A stretch of 64,000 nucleotides of DNA from Candidatus Poribacteria bacterium (GTDB lineage Bacteria; Poribacteria; WGA-4E; WGA-3G): positions 5,638-69,637 of the forward strand of contig RKRR01000107.1 in NCBI GenBank assembly GCA_007571305.1, in the 5' to 3' direction. Both the position numbers and the translations under genes were made by a program. Below the pieces are notes generated by a model. It saw nothing but the letters and a program-made list of their open reading frames with translations, did no database searches and was not told where the DNA came from. Positions 47,090 through 57,417 of the stretch are shown piece by piece (the first letter of the stretch is position 1; each line of letters opens with the position of its first letter).

Positions 47090-48355
47090 ATGGCACGCAA
47101 TTACCAAAGCTCTGCCCGTAGCAATAGGAACCGTAAATCCAAACCAAAATCTGGATTCAGATGGACAAACACGCGAGTCTATTCCGTTGCAGAGGACCAA
47201 CAGAAACAGGTAGTAGAACCACCTCCCCCGCAAAGATCAGGAGGGATGGATAAAGGATTGATTGGTATTACGTTCTGCCTTATTGCGATAGGTATTCTGA
47301 TGGTATACAGTGCAAGCCATCTTCTCTCTTCAAGACACTATGATGGTTATAGTTATCGCTATTTACAGATACACATCATTGCCTGTGGGATCGGTTTTGT
47401 TGGTATGTTCCTTGCTTCCTACCTACCTTACAGGTTCTATGCGAGGTTCGCAAACTTTTTCTTACTCCTCGCTTTCATAGGTTTATTGCTGGTTTTCGTC
47501 CCAGGTTTAGGTACAAGCGTACAAGGGGCAGAAGGTGGTAGATTTAAACGTTGGATCAATATAGGATTGCCCATCAATTTTCAACCCGTGGAATTTGCGA
47601 AAATAGCGTTGGTTATGCACGTCGCAAATTTCATAAGCCGCAATCCAGAACGTGTCAAGAGTTTTTTCAACGGCGTACTTCCGAACATCTTAATTGTAGG
47701 TATCGCTTTTGGTCTTGTGTACCTCCAACCCGATTTCGGTTCGGCGTTCTTACTCGTAGTAACCGTCTGTATCGTGCTATTTGTCGGCGGTATGCGTATC
47801 TGGCACGTGCTAACACTTGGCGGCACAGGCGGTGTTCTCCTCGGTTTGCTTATAGTGCGGGATTCATATAAACTAAAGCGGCTCATGGATTATCTGGCAA
47901 TGTTGAAATCTCCTGATGCGACGAACTATCAGTTAACACGTTCATTGGACGCTCTCGAAAGTGGGGGACTCCTCGGTTTAGGAATCGATAGTAGCCTTCA
48001 GAAAATATCACGTCTTCCGTACCCACACACAGATTTTATTTTTGCAGTGTTAGGTGAAGAATTCGGATTTATCGGTACCGTGACTGTGACGTTTATCTTT
48101 ATGCTTTTTATATGGCGAGGACTTCACATTGCCCGACATGCAAGCGACCTCTTCGCTTCTTTGCTCGCTACCGGAATGACGACACTCATCGGCCTCCAAG
48201 CATTCATTAACATTGGTGTTGCGACAGGTTTATTGCCAACAAAAGGGATCACATTGCCATTTATCAGTTACGGAGGTTCATCAATCGTGCTAAGTCTGGT
48301 GAGCGTCGGGATCCTTTTGAATATATCACGCAGCAGCAGTAAAAACATAGAATGA
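47090..48355 (+). CDS. ftsW: SEDS peptidoglycan polymerase FtsW
   Basis: MVYSAS, FQPVEFAK, QPDFGS, LPYPHTDFIFAVLGEEFG, LPTKGITLPFISYGGSS. Confidence 0.95.
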   Translation: MARNYQSSARSNRNRKSKPKSGFRWTNTRVYSVAEDQQKQVVEPPPPQRSGGMDKGLIGITFCLIAIGILMVYSASHLLSSRHYDGYSYRYLQIHIIACGIGFVGMFLASYLPYRFYARFANFFLLLAFIGLLLVFVPGLGTSVQGAEGGRFKRWINIGLPINFQPVEFAKIALVMHVANFISRNPERVKSFFNGVLPNILIVGIAFGLVYLQPDFGSAFLLVVTVCIVLFVGGMRIWHVLTLGGTGGVLLGLLIVRDSYKLKRLMDYLAMLKSPDATNYQLTRSLDALESGGLLGLGIDSSLQKISRLPYPHTDFIFAVLGEEFGFIGTVTVTFIFMLFIWRGLHIARHASDLFASLLATGMTTLIGLQAFINIGVATGLLPTKGITLPFISYGGSSIVLSLVSVGILLNISRSSSKNIE

Positions 48356-48441
48356 CCTCAAACGAAATAAGGGGCTCGTTTGACGAGAGCCGATAAAGTT
48401 GAGAGCCAAAACACCACGTCTGAAACAAAACGGAATGGAAC

Positions 48442-49695
48442 ATGAAACCCCAAACCGATCTCATCGAACCACAAGGCACATTAAAAACATCCAAGTGTTA
48501 CGATAGAAATTTATCAGAAAGCAACGACCGAAACGCATTGGCACTGCAACGGTGCTCGACACAGAAAAAAATCGTTATCGCGGGCGGGGGAACAGGCGGT
48601 CATATCTATCCCGCGATTGGTATTGCTCAAGCACTGCAGTGCTTAGATGCCAACGTGGATATTGCGTTCATTGGGGGTTCGAACAAGTTGGAATCAACGC
48701 TTGTTCCACAGCATGGGTTCCGGTTCTTGCCTATTTCGGTTGCTGGGTTTCCGCGTCGCCTCACTTTACAGTGGTTCCCAACGATTTGGAAGGTATTTCA
48801 TGGACTGATTCAGTCATTGCGATATATGAAGGCGTTGAAACCAGATATCGTTATAGGAACGGGAGGATATGTTTCAGGTCCGGTACTGTTAGCCGGTCTC
48901 CTGTGCAAAATTCCGATTGCTATCCAAGAGCAGAATGCTTCTGTTGGCTTAACAAACGGTATATTGGCACGATGGGCAGATGTCGCCTATCTCGCTATGG
49001 AATCGACTCGTGAGCACAATTCGTTCCGACGAACCACACATATAGAGATAACAGGGAATCCTATTCGTCCTGCAATCGCGGCATTTCCGAGGTGTGAGGA
49101 AACCTACAGAAATTTCGGGTTGCATCCAGATCGGAAAACTATTTTTGTGATGGGTGGAAGCCAAGGTGCTCATGCTATCAATGAAGCGATTGTAGATGCC
49201 CTACCACACTTCATAGAATATGCCGATCAGATCCAGATAGTTCATCAAACAGGCGCGATGGAAGTGGGAAAGGTTCAAGACGCGTATGATCGGACACTCG
49301 CTTCGCATGAAGGATTCCTATACTGTGTCAAACCCTTCTTTGATACTGTTGAGGAAATTTATAGTATCGCAGACGTAATGGTGTGCAGAGCAGGAGGAAT
49401 GACTGTTGCTGAGGTCACTGCATGTGGTATCCCTGCAATTTTCATACCCTTACCGTCGCAAACCGGAAACGATCAAGTATTAAACGCTCACACGGTTGCA
49501 GAAAAGGGAGCGGCTGTTGTACTTGAACACGGTACCTTCACAGTAGAGGTGTTGGTTAAAAACCTAACCAAAATCATCCTGGACAGAAATACGCATGAAC
49601 GGATGGTAACCGCAAGTCAAGCACTCGGTAAACCAAATGCCAGCAATGACATTGCCGAGTCGATTCTTTCAAGAATCGTCCTCAGCAATCAGTGA
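48442..49695 (+). CDS. murG: Lipid II GlcNAc transferase
   Basis: AGGGTGGHIYP, GTGGYVSGP, QEQN, TGNPIR, GGSQGA, RAGGMTVAE. Start uncertain. Confidence 0.95.
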   Translation: MKPQTDLIEPQGTLKTSKCYDRNLSESNDRNALALQRCSTQKKIVIAGGGTGGHIYPAIGIAQALQCLDANVDIAFIGGSNKLESTLVPQHGFRFLPISVAGFPRRLTLQWFPTIWKVFHGLIQSLRYMKALKPDIVIGTGGYVSGPVLLAGLLCKIPIAIQEQNASVGLTNGILARWADVAYLAMESTREHNSFRRTTHIEITGNPIRPAIAAFPRCEETYRNFGLHPDRKTIFVMGGSQGAHAINEAIVDALPHFIEYADQIQIVHQTGAMEVGKVQDAYDRTLASHEGFLYCVKPFFDTVEEIYSIADVMVCRAGGMTVAEVTACGIPAIFIPLPSQTGNDQVLNAHTVAEKGAAVVLEHGTFTVEVLVKNLTKIILDRNTHERMVTASQALGKPNASNDIAESILSRIVLSNQ

Positions 49696-49747
49696 GCGGT
49701 TAAAAGAGGACTGCTCCTTGTCTGCCTCAACCGCTCTTTCAATCGAA

Positions 49748-49868
49748 CAGGACTTACGCAATTTTGACCATGGGACGTTTTGTGAAAAGGAAAACCCAAA
49801 AAACACAAATGTCTTTGTGGCACAACCTAACAGGTTATGCTACAAAAAAGCAGCATGCGTAAGTCCTA
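49748..49868. mobile_element. MITE family B, copy 3
   Basis: CAGGACTTACGCA / TGCGTAAGTCCTA ends with 5-bp direct repeat TCGAA on both sides. Confidence 0.85.
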
Positions 49869-50012
49869 TCGAATCTTAACGACTTTACTGCCTACGAATA
49901 TGACAACTATTCTTCTGACTGCTATTAAAACCGTACAAGTTACAGAAAACTATCAACCGGATGGAAACTCCGCCTGTAATGGAAGGCGGTCAGAGGAGCC
50001 ATCATTGAAAAG

Positions 50013-51377
50013 ATGTTTGGAAAAACACGACATATCCATATCATTGGTATAGGAGGTGCCGGATTAAGCGGCATCACCGAGATTCTATTGGATCTTGGAT
50101 TCCAGGTAACAGGCTCAGATATCCATAAGTCATATACCACGGAACATTTGCGTGGACGGGGAGCAACCATCTATTACGAGCATGCCGCATCACATATACA
50201 GGGTGCCGATGTCGTCGTTTTTTCCCCCGCTATTCCACCTGACAATCCAGAACTCCTCGCTGCAGAAACGCAGAAAATCCCAATTGTCAGGGGAGCGGAG
50301 ATGTTGAACGAAATTACCCGAATGCGCTATAGTGTTGCTGTCAGCGGAACACACGGAAAGACAACCACAACAGCTATGACTTCAACAGTCCTTGCCAGTC
50401 TTGATCCGACGGTCATTGTCGGTGGGAAACTCATGAATGGCAGTCATGCTCGAAGTGGCAAAGGCGATGTTATGGTAGTTGAAGCAGATGAGGCATACGG
50501 CTCAATTGAGATGTTTTATCCGACTGTTGCTGTTGTTACGTCAGTTGATGCCGATCATTTGGATTATTACAATAGCGTTGATGAGATTGGTGAAACCTTC
50601 CTCAAATTCATCAATAAGGTCCCGTTTTACGGCACCGCGGTCCTCTGTTTAGATGCTGAGAATATTCAGAAGTTTATTCCGCGGATTGAGAAACGTTATA
50701 TTACTTATGGGCTCGAAACGCGAGCGGATCTGGTTGCTGAAGGCATTACGGTGGAAGGCCCCACATCTCGTTACCGAGTTCGCAAAAATGGACACCTATA
50801 TGGCGAAATTCACTTAAAAATGCCGGGCCGCCATAATATTTCTAATTCTTTGGCAGCAACAGCCGTTGGACTTGAACTTGAGATTCCGTTCGATCAAATT
50901 CAGGAGAGTCTTGAATCATTCCAGGGTGTACATCGCCGCTTTGAAATACTTGGCGAAGTGAATAACATCATTGTCGTTGACGATTATGCCCATAATCCAG
51001 CGAAGTTGAAAGCTGCATTGAGCGGTGCGCGCGACGGTTACAAGCGTCGTATCGTCGCTGTTTTTCAGCCACATCGCTACCAACGGGTCAGAGATTTAGC
51101 AGATGAGTTTTCTCGCTCTTTTTATCAGGCGGATGTCCTCATTGTCACCTCAATCTATAGTGCTGGTGAGGAACCTATTGAAAACGTCACGGCTGAAAAA
51201 CTGGCAGAAGCGATACGATCACACGGACATCGCGATGTCTATTACGTACCTGACACAGATCAGATTCAGGACGTTCTGATAAAAATAACACAACCAGAAG
51301 ATATTGTCATTACGCTTGGGGCAGGAGACATCAGTAAAGTAGGACACGAGTTCTTAAATAGACTTCAGGGGGAATAG
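50013..51377 (+). CDS. murC: UDP-MurNAc--L-alanine ligase
   Basis: IGIGGAGLSG, SGTHGKTTTT, VEADE, DADHLDYY, DDYAHNP, FQPHRY, LGAGD. Confidence 0.96.
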   Translation: MFGKTRHIHIIGIGGAGLSGITEILLDLGFQVTGSDIHKSYTTEHLRGRGATIYYEHAASHIQGADVVVFSPAIPPDNPELLAAETQKIPIVRGAEMLNEITRMRYSVAVSGTHGKTTTTAMTSTVLASLDPTVIVGGKLMNGSHARSGKGDVMVVEADEAYGSIEMFYPTVAVVTSVDADHLDYYNSVDEIGETFLKFINKVPFYGTAVLCLDAENIQKFIPRIEKRYITYGLETRADLVAEGITVEGPTSRYRVRKNGHLYGEIHLKMPGRHNISNSLAATAVGLELEIPFDQIQESLESFQGVHRRFEILGEVNNIIVVDDYAHNPAKLKAALSGARDGYKRRIVAVFQPHRYQRVRDLADEFSRSFYQADVLIVTSIYSAGEEPIENVTAEKLAEAIRSHGHRDVYYVPDTDQIQDVLIKITQPEDIVITLGAGDISKVGHEFLNRLQGE

Positions 51378-51471
51378 TTATCATGCTTTGCAGTAAGAAC
51401 AGTTTTCAGTTAAAAGAGGCTCTTGAGAGTCCTTATCCCTCTTGCAACTGCCGACTGATAACTGAAAATTC

Positions 51472-52446
51472 ATGACAAAGTCTTCGTTCTTTGGTAAAAA
51501 GCGCAATGAGCATATACGGCAAACTTCAATGCCGGCGCGACGGCTTGGTAAACATCCGAACGCCAAAATATACATGTGGCGGCGTATCATTCTCGTCATC
51601 GCGCTTCTTGTTACTTTATCGTTCGCTGGAAAAATAGTCCTCGGTTTTTTTAGTGCTGAATACATTTCACTTGAACTTTCAGGGAATATACACTATAATG
51701 ATATACAAAACTAGGATAAATTAGGCGAGAAGTTAGAAAATATCGGCACAGATTCCGAAGAACGGACAGCTGACTATTTGAAGGAGAACTTGAGTTACAT
51801 TAAAGAGGTACATGTCGTTAAACACGTGATGAAGCGAATACTCACTATTGAAGTCACGGAACGTGAACCTTTTGCTCTCCTGGGGTTCGGTAATACCTCG
51901 CAGATTTCTCAATCGCATATATTCAGGGTACAGACATTAGGTGATAAACCATCCACTGCCAGTGCGTTTCCCAATAGTGATATTTCGTTTTTTCTCATAG
52001 ATAGCGAAGGACATGTACTAAAAAATATAGAAGTTAAAGAAACAGATCAATGGAGATCCGAAGGGCTTGAAGAAATGGCGATACTCTCGGTAGTGAGCAA
52101 TGAACTACCGAGAATTGGTACTGCCGTTCAGAGGAGCGAGGTTCAATTGGGATTAGAGATTTTAAAGACTGCCCTGCTTCAGGAACCAGGACTCGCGACA
52201 CAAATACAGATTATCGACGCAAGTGATTTTCAAAAAATCAAGATACAGATTGACGCGCTACCTGTCCCTGTATGGATTGCTGGAGATGCGATCGAATCTG
52301 GGCTTCATCATACTGACTTGCTCTTAAAACAGCACAAAACTCGGATTCTTGAACTTATTGATGAGATCCCGAGTGTGAAAAAGTCGTATCTTGACGTAAG
52401 ATACCAAGATACACTTTACTTCGGGGGTTATACTGAAGGCAAGTAG
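51472..52446 (+). pseudogene. ftsQ: FtsQ/DivIB-like gene interrupted by an in-frame TAG at 51712-51714
   Basis: The two track ORFs (51472-51714, 51778-52446) are in the same frame. Read through: basic N-terminus, one TM, POTRA-like LELSGNIHY...YIKEVHVVK...LTIEVTEREP, C-terminal YLDVRY. Located between murC and ftsA. The stop may be a sequencing error. Confidence 0.7.
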
Positions 52447-52545
52447 TGCTATCCTTATAACATCTATAGGGAATTTAGAATATCGGCTCTGCACCTGTTT
52501 AAGGTTCCCCATGACTCCTAAAGAAAAGGAGGTGAAAACATTTAA

Positions 52546-53772
52546 ATGCCAAAACAAAATATCATCGCAGGACTTGATATCGGTTCGAGCAAAATTTCGG
52601 TAGTTGTTGGGAATACACCGCACGGAGGCACCGAAAAAATAGGAATTATCGGGGTTGGTCACGCGCCTTCCCAAGGCCTCCGCAGGGGAGTTGTTGTTGA
52701 CATCAACCAAACAGCCGAGGCCATCCGTAAAGCCATTTCCAGTGCCGAATTGATGGCAGGCGTGAAAATAGACTCTGTCTGCGTCGGTATTTCCGGCGAG
52801 CATGTTATTGGGCAAACGTCCCATGGGGTTGTTTCCGTAGCAAATACTGAGATTTCGCAGGATGATGTTGACCGAGCAATGATAGCGGCAAAAGCAATCT
52901 CCATTCCCGCAGACAGGGAAATGTTGCATGTCATCCAACAGAATTTCGTCGTTGATGCCCAGAGTCGTATTCGGGAACCTATCGGCATGTCAGGAGCGCG
53001 TCTTGAAGCTTATGCCTATATTATTACAGGTGGCACAACGGCTATTCAGAATTTGCTCAATAGTATAGAGAAAGCAGGCGTGCCTATAGTTGAGACGCTT
53101 GTCGCTGCGCCCCTCGCGGCAATACAAGCTACCATCTCAAAGGATGAACGTGAAGTCGGCATCGCACTCGTTGATATTGGTGATGGAACAACTGAAATTA
53201 TCATTTATAAAGAGGATTCTATCGAACATACAGCAGTCATCCCTGTTGGAGGCCAGCACATTACCAACGACATTGCGCAATACTTAAAAGTCACCCTTCC
53301 AGAAGCGGAGGAACTTAAACTGCACCGAGGTTGTGCTTGGACAGAATTAGTGGATTCCGATGATGTTAGATCTATCCCCGTCGCGAGCAATTCAACCCCA
53401 CCGCGTTTCATCGACCGGATTGAGCTTGCTCAAATTATCGAGTACCGTATGGCTGAAATTTTGGACGCAATCAGTGACGAATTAGGTGATATTCCGCTTC
53501 CAGGTGGACTCGTGCTCACTGGTGGTACAGCCCTCATGGACGGCTTGCAAGAACTCGCTGAAGTTATACTTCAGTTGCGCGTCCAGATTGGATATCCGCG
53601 CGGCTTGCAAGGCTTGACCGATCGGGTGAACCATCCGATGTACTCGACAGGAATAGGACTCGCTCTTTACGGTGAAACGCTGCGGCGGTTAGAACATGAA
53701 CACAAAGCACGTCATGGAGGGAACGCCTTTGGATCATTCCTGCAACGCATCAAAGAATGGTTTGGCTATTAA
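52546..53772 (+). CDS. ftsA: Cell division protein FtsA
   Basis: GLDIGSSK, GLRRGVVVDI, PIGMSG, LVDIGDGTT, LTGGTA, STGIGL; C-terminal amphipathic FLQRIKEWFGY. Confidence 0.96.
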   Translation: MPKQNIIAGLDIGSSKISVVVGNTPHGGTEKIGIIGVGHAPSQGLRRGVVVDINQTAEAIRKAISSAELMAGVKIDSVCVGISGEHVIGQTSHGVVSVANTEISQDDVDRAMIAAKAISIPADREMLHVIQQNFVVDAQSRIREPIGMSGARLEAYAYIITGGTTAIQNLLNSIEKAGVPIVETLVAAPLAAIQATISKDEREVGIALVDIGDGTTEIIIYKEDSIEHTAVIPVGGQHITNDIAQYLKVTLPEAEELKLHRGCAWTELVDSDDVRSIPVASNSTPPRFIDRIELAQIIEYRMAEILDAISDELGDIPLPGGLVLTGGTALMDGLQELAEVILQLRVQIGYPRGLQGLTDRVNHPMYSTGIGLALYGETLRRLEHEHKARHGGNAFGSFLQRIKEWFGY

Positions 53773-53925
53773 GCGTCTGTCGTATTACTTGATAGGACGA
53801 ATCCACTTACGCCGAACTTGCTGTAATGTTTGACTTAACTCCGCTAATAGCGTATAATTTAATGTGAAAAGGGCATTCATAAGTTATTCAGGAACCTCGG
53901 TCTGGAGATTGAGGCTATAATGATA

Positions 53926-54082
53926 ATATAAGTTGCTACGGACACAATTTTAGAGGTTCATCTGCTATTTTTCATTGGAAAACGTTCAGGATCCGCAATC
54001 TTTCGTAGCATAAGGGGACCGTCAGCCTGCGCCCGTAGATGCACAACCTTACAGGTTATGCTACAGAACTGGCAACTTGGGT
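53926..54082. mobile_element. MITE family C copy between ftsA and ftsZ
   Basis: Degenerate left end ATATAAGTTG, right end CAACTTGGGT, perfect 8-bp direct repeat TAATGATA (53918-53925, 54083-54090). Confidence 0.8.
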
Positions 54083-54137
54083 TAATGATAGGAGGAATTA
54101 GGTTGCTGTGTCTTTGTTACAGTAACTGAAATCTAAG

Positions 54138-55424
54138 ATGATAGAATTCGAACAGGAAGAATTTGAAAGTCTACGCGCAAGAATTAAAGTTATTGGGGTC
54201 GGTGGAGCAGGTGGAAACGCCGTGAAACGTATGATTGAGGCAGGACTTACCGGCATAGAATTTTATGCTGTCAATACTGACCAACAAGCACTCTTGACCT
54301 GCCTTGGTGCCACCCAAATCCAGATTGGTGTTAACACCACCGAAGGCTTAGGTTCCGGTGCAGATCCCGAGATTGGCAAAAAAGCCGCCGAAGAAAACAA
54401 AGAGGATCTTCAAATTATCGTAGAGAATGCAAATATGGTATTCATCACCGCTGGTATGGGAGGCGGTACTGGGACCGGTGCTGCACCGCTGATTGCTACA
54501 CAAGCAAAAGAACGTGGAGCACTTACTATCGGTGTCGTGACCCGTCCTTTCAACTTTGAGGGACAACGCCGTTCTAACACCGCCGAAGAAGGACTTGAGA
54601 AACTCCGGGCAGCCGCTGATTCCGTAATTGTTGTACCAAACCAACGTCTCATCGACACGATGGACAGAAAACTTCCTATCCGAGAAGCATTTCGTCTGGG
54701 AGACCAGATTCTCTTACATGGTGTTAAAAGCATATCCGACATCGTCACTGAATCAGGTGAAATTAACGTTGACTTTGCCGATGTTGAATCTATTATGCGC
54801 AACGCAGGAAGCGCATTGATGGGCATGGGGCACGCGACGGGGGACAACCGCGCTGAAATCGCCGCACAGCAGGCGACCAATTCACCCCTACTTGAACAAA
54901 CTAGTATTGCCGGTGCCGTCGGTATGATCGTGAACATTACCGCCCCTCCCGATTTCATGATGCACGAACTCGATGATGCTATGGGTGTCATTCAGGATAC
55001 CGCCCCTGATGCCCAAATTATTTTCGGGCTTGTCTACAAAGATGAATTGGAAGTTGAAGATGAAGTGCTTGTAACTGTCATTGCAACAGGGTTCGATGGT
55101 GGTGGAGGGAATGCCTACATAGATGACAGAAACACCTCGGCACGACAGAATGACACAGCTCCCTATCAAAGGCAACCACAAGGTTTGCCACCAAGTTCCA
55201 GCAGGGCGCGGCGGAGTATAGGCAGAACGCGATCCGATAGAGCGAGGGTTCCTGGTCAGGGACGAAGGGCAAATGCCGAACCCTCCGTAGAAGAGGATAA
55301 GGCACCCCAAAACAATCAGCAGAAACCTGTCCGAGGAAGAGATCAAGACTCAGGGCAACGTCAAACAGATTGGGAAATTCCCGCTTTTCTGCGCGTTCAA
55401 AAAAGACCAAGAAACGATAAATAG
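54138..55424 (+). CDS. ftsZ: Cell division protein FtsZ (canonical)
   Basis: GVGGAGGNAV, NTD, GLGSGADP, GGGTGTG, NVDFADV (T7 loop), VTVIATG, C-terminal core WEIPAFLR. Confidence 0.98.
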   Translation: MIEFEQEEFESLRARIKVIGVGGAGGNAVKRMIEAGLTGIEFYAVNTDQQALLTCLGATQIQIGVNTTEGLGSGADPEIGKKAAEENKEDLQIIVENANMVFITAGMGGGTGTGAAPLIATQAKERGALTIGVVTRPFNFEGQRRSNTAEEGLEKLRAAADSVIVVPNQRLIDTMDRKLPIREAFRLGDQILLHGVKSISDIVTESGEINVDFADVESIMRNAGSALMGMGHATGDNRAEIAAQQATNSPLLEQTSIAGAVGMIVNITAPPDFMMHELDDAMGVIQDTAPDAQIIFGLVYKDELEVEDEVLVTVIATGFDGGGGNAYIDDRNTSARQNDTAPYQRQPQGLPPSSSRARRSIGRTRSDRARVPGQGRRANAEPSVEEDKAPQNNQQKPVRGRDQDSGQRQTDWEIPAFLRVQKRPRNDK

Positions 55425-55639
55425 GGGCTCCCTCTCACTGACTCCTATCATTTGTATTTTTTTTACTGTAACTCCTGATTTTCTGATTGAGATTCCTTGA
55501 AAACTAACGCCGTACCGCGTTTTGATAACAGGGCGCGGCGTGTCCCGTTTTTCATTTTTCGTTTGCAAACACAATTCTTCGCGCGGTCTCTCGCTCACGG
55601 GCATATTTCAAGTCAACTCCGCTATACCTGAGGCAAACA

Positions 55640-57364
55640 GTGAATTTACATCAACATTACCAACATTTGCGCAGTGAAGAACACGGTGCACATAACAATT
55701 TCAGAAAGCCCAATAGATTCGCGCTGGTCTACCCGAGCACGTATGCTCTTGGTATGTCAAGTCTCGGCGTTCAGGTTATGTACGCAACTCTCAACAGTCG
55801 AGCGGACACCGCTTGCGAACGCGTTTTTATTCCCGAACCTGGCTACCTTCGAAAACTCACCTCTCAAAAAAAGGCTCTTTTCTCGTTTGAGACGCAGACC
55901 GCCTTGAACCACTTTGACATCATCGGGTTTTCAGTCTCCTTTGAATCAGATTATGTGAACATTCCGCGCACGTTAGAGTTGGCGAACATACCACCGCTCG
56001 CTGAAGCGCGAACAGAATGGGATCCGCTCGTCATTGCTGGTGGGATTAATATCTCCTACAATCCAGAACCGATTGCCGACTTCGTTGATGTTTTTGTCAT
56101 TGGTGAAGCCGAACTTGTTATCCATCAACTCATGGCACATTTCGACGAGTGGAAAAAATCTGGAGCACTGAAGAGCGAACTGCTTGAAACGCTCGCAACC
56201 GTTCCAGGGCTTTACGTGCCGAGTTTTTACGACGTAACTTACCGCGACGATGGTACGATAGATGCCATCTCCCCAAAGCCCAATGTACCGCCTCAGATCC
56301 GTGCAGGAGCTGTCCCAAAACTTGACGATGTCGAAACCTGCACGCACATCCACACACCCAATACAGAATTCGCGAATGCACATCTCATTGAAATTGTCCG
56401 TGGCTGCGGGAGACAGTGCCGTTTCTGTGTCGCAGATTATGCCCGTCGATGGCCGAGACACCGCTCTGTAGAGAGCACACTTGCACTTGCGGAACGTGCC
56501 CGCGGCATTACAGATAGAATCGGACTCGTCGGAGCCTCTATTTCTGACCATCCACAGATAGACGAAATCGCTACGGGTCTCGTCGAACATGGATTTCGTA
56601 TCTCCTGCGCTTCACTCCGCGCTGAGACCGTTCGTACGCCGCTGCTCGACGCACTCGCAGACAGTGAACAAGGTACCATCACTATCGCCCCAGAGGTCGC
56701 GACTGAAGAACTTCAAAAGGTTGTCAATAAAGCTATTCCGCGTGAACGCCTTTACTATGTTTTTGAGGAAGCATTGAAAAGGGATATCCTCAACCTTCGC
56801 CTATACTTCCTCATTGGTGTCCCTCACGAAACACCAGCAGATGTGGAAGCCATTGTTGATATGGCAAAGGAGATGCGAACCATACTTCTCCCGCATGCCA
56901 AGCGAACGGGGAAAATAGCCCGAATTAGTTTTACCATCTCACCTATGGTGCCGAAACCACATACACCTTTCCAGTGGGTAGCGATGGAACCTCCGAAGAC
57001 CATCTCTCGGAAACTTGATTTCCTGAAACGCGAAATTAATCAGCTTGGAAGCATAAAAGTTGGCTCCGCAAGTGCCAGACTCGCGCACCAAGAAGCCGTC
57101 TTTGCACGCGGGGATCGGCGACTTGGAAAAGTCATCCTTGAACTTGCGCAAGGTGTTCCATGGAACCAAGCCTTTCGCAAACACGAATTAGTCCCACATT
57201 TTTATGCGACACGTCAACGTCCACTGCACGAAGTCAATCCGTGGGATCATCTTGATCTCAACGTTAAACCGCAATTTTTACAACTTGAGTTCCACAAGCA
57301 TGAAAAAGGTTTTACCACCAGTGAATGCGATACGGCTGTTTGTAAAAAGTGTGGTGCTTGCTAA
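55640..57364 (+). CDS. Radical SAM protein (TIGR03960-like)
   Basis: YPSTYALGMSSLG, RGCGRQCRFC (CxxxCxxC), TIAPE, YFLIGVP, VPKPHTPFQW, terminal CxxxxCxxCGAC. Confidence 0.85.
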   Translation: MNLHQHYQHLRSEEHGAHNNFRKPNRFALVYPSTYALGMSSLGVQVMYATLNSRADTACERVFIPEPGYLRKLTSQKKALFSFETQTALNHFDIIGFSVSFESDYVNIPRTLELANIPPLAEARTEWDPLVIAGGINISYNPEPIADFVDVFVIGEAELVIHQLMAHFDEWKKSGALKSELLETLATVPGLYVPSFYDVTYRDDGTIDAISPKPNVPPQIRAGAVPKLDDVETCTHIHTPNTEFANAHLIEIVRGCGRQCRFCVADYARRWPRHRSVESTLALAERARGITDRIGLVGASISDHPQIDEIATGLVEHGFRISCASLRAETVRTPLLDALADSEQGTITIAPEVATEELQKVVNKAIPRERLYYVFEEALKRDILNLRLYFLIGVPHETPADVEAIVDMAKEMRTILLPHAKRTGKIARISFTISPMVPKPHTPFQWVAMEPPKTISRKLDFLKREINQLGSIKVGSASARLAHQEAVFARGDRRLGKVILELAQGVPWNQAFRKHELVPHFYATRQRPLHEVNPWDHLDLNVKPQFLQLEFHKHEKGFTTSECDTAVCKKCGAC

Positions 57365-57417
57365 CACTGATAACCGACTGCTAACTGCTGGCAACTCTTA
57401 AGAAGGAGGAATTCACT

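Noticed and set aside
52324-52938. 204-aa antisense ORF and the many other overlapping or antisense ORFs in the track
   Set aside because: They lie opposite or within well-supported genes, lack motifs and RBSs, and are expected shadows of coding sequence.
3218-54082. CRISPR array among the repeated sequences
   Set aside because: Repeats are dispersed with terminal inverted repeats and target duplications, not regularly spaced direct repeats with unique spacers; no cas genes.
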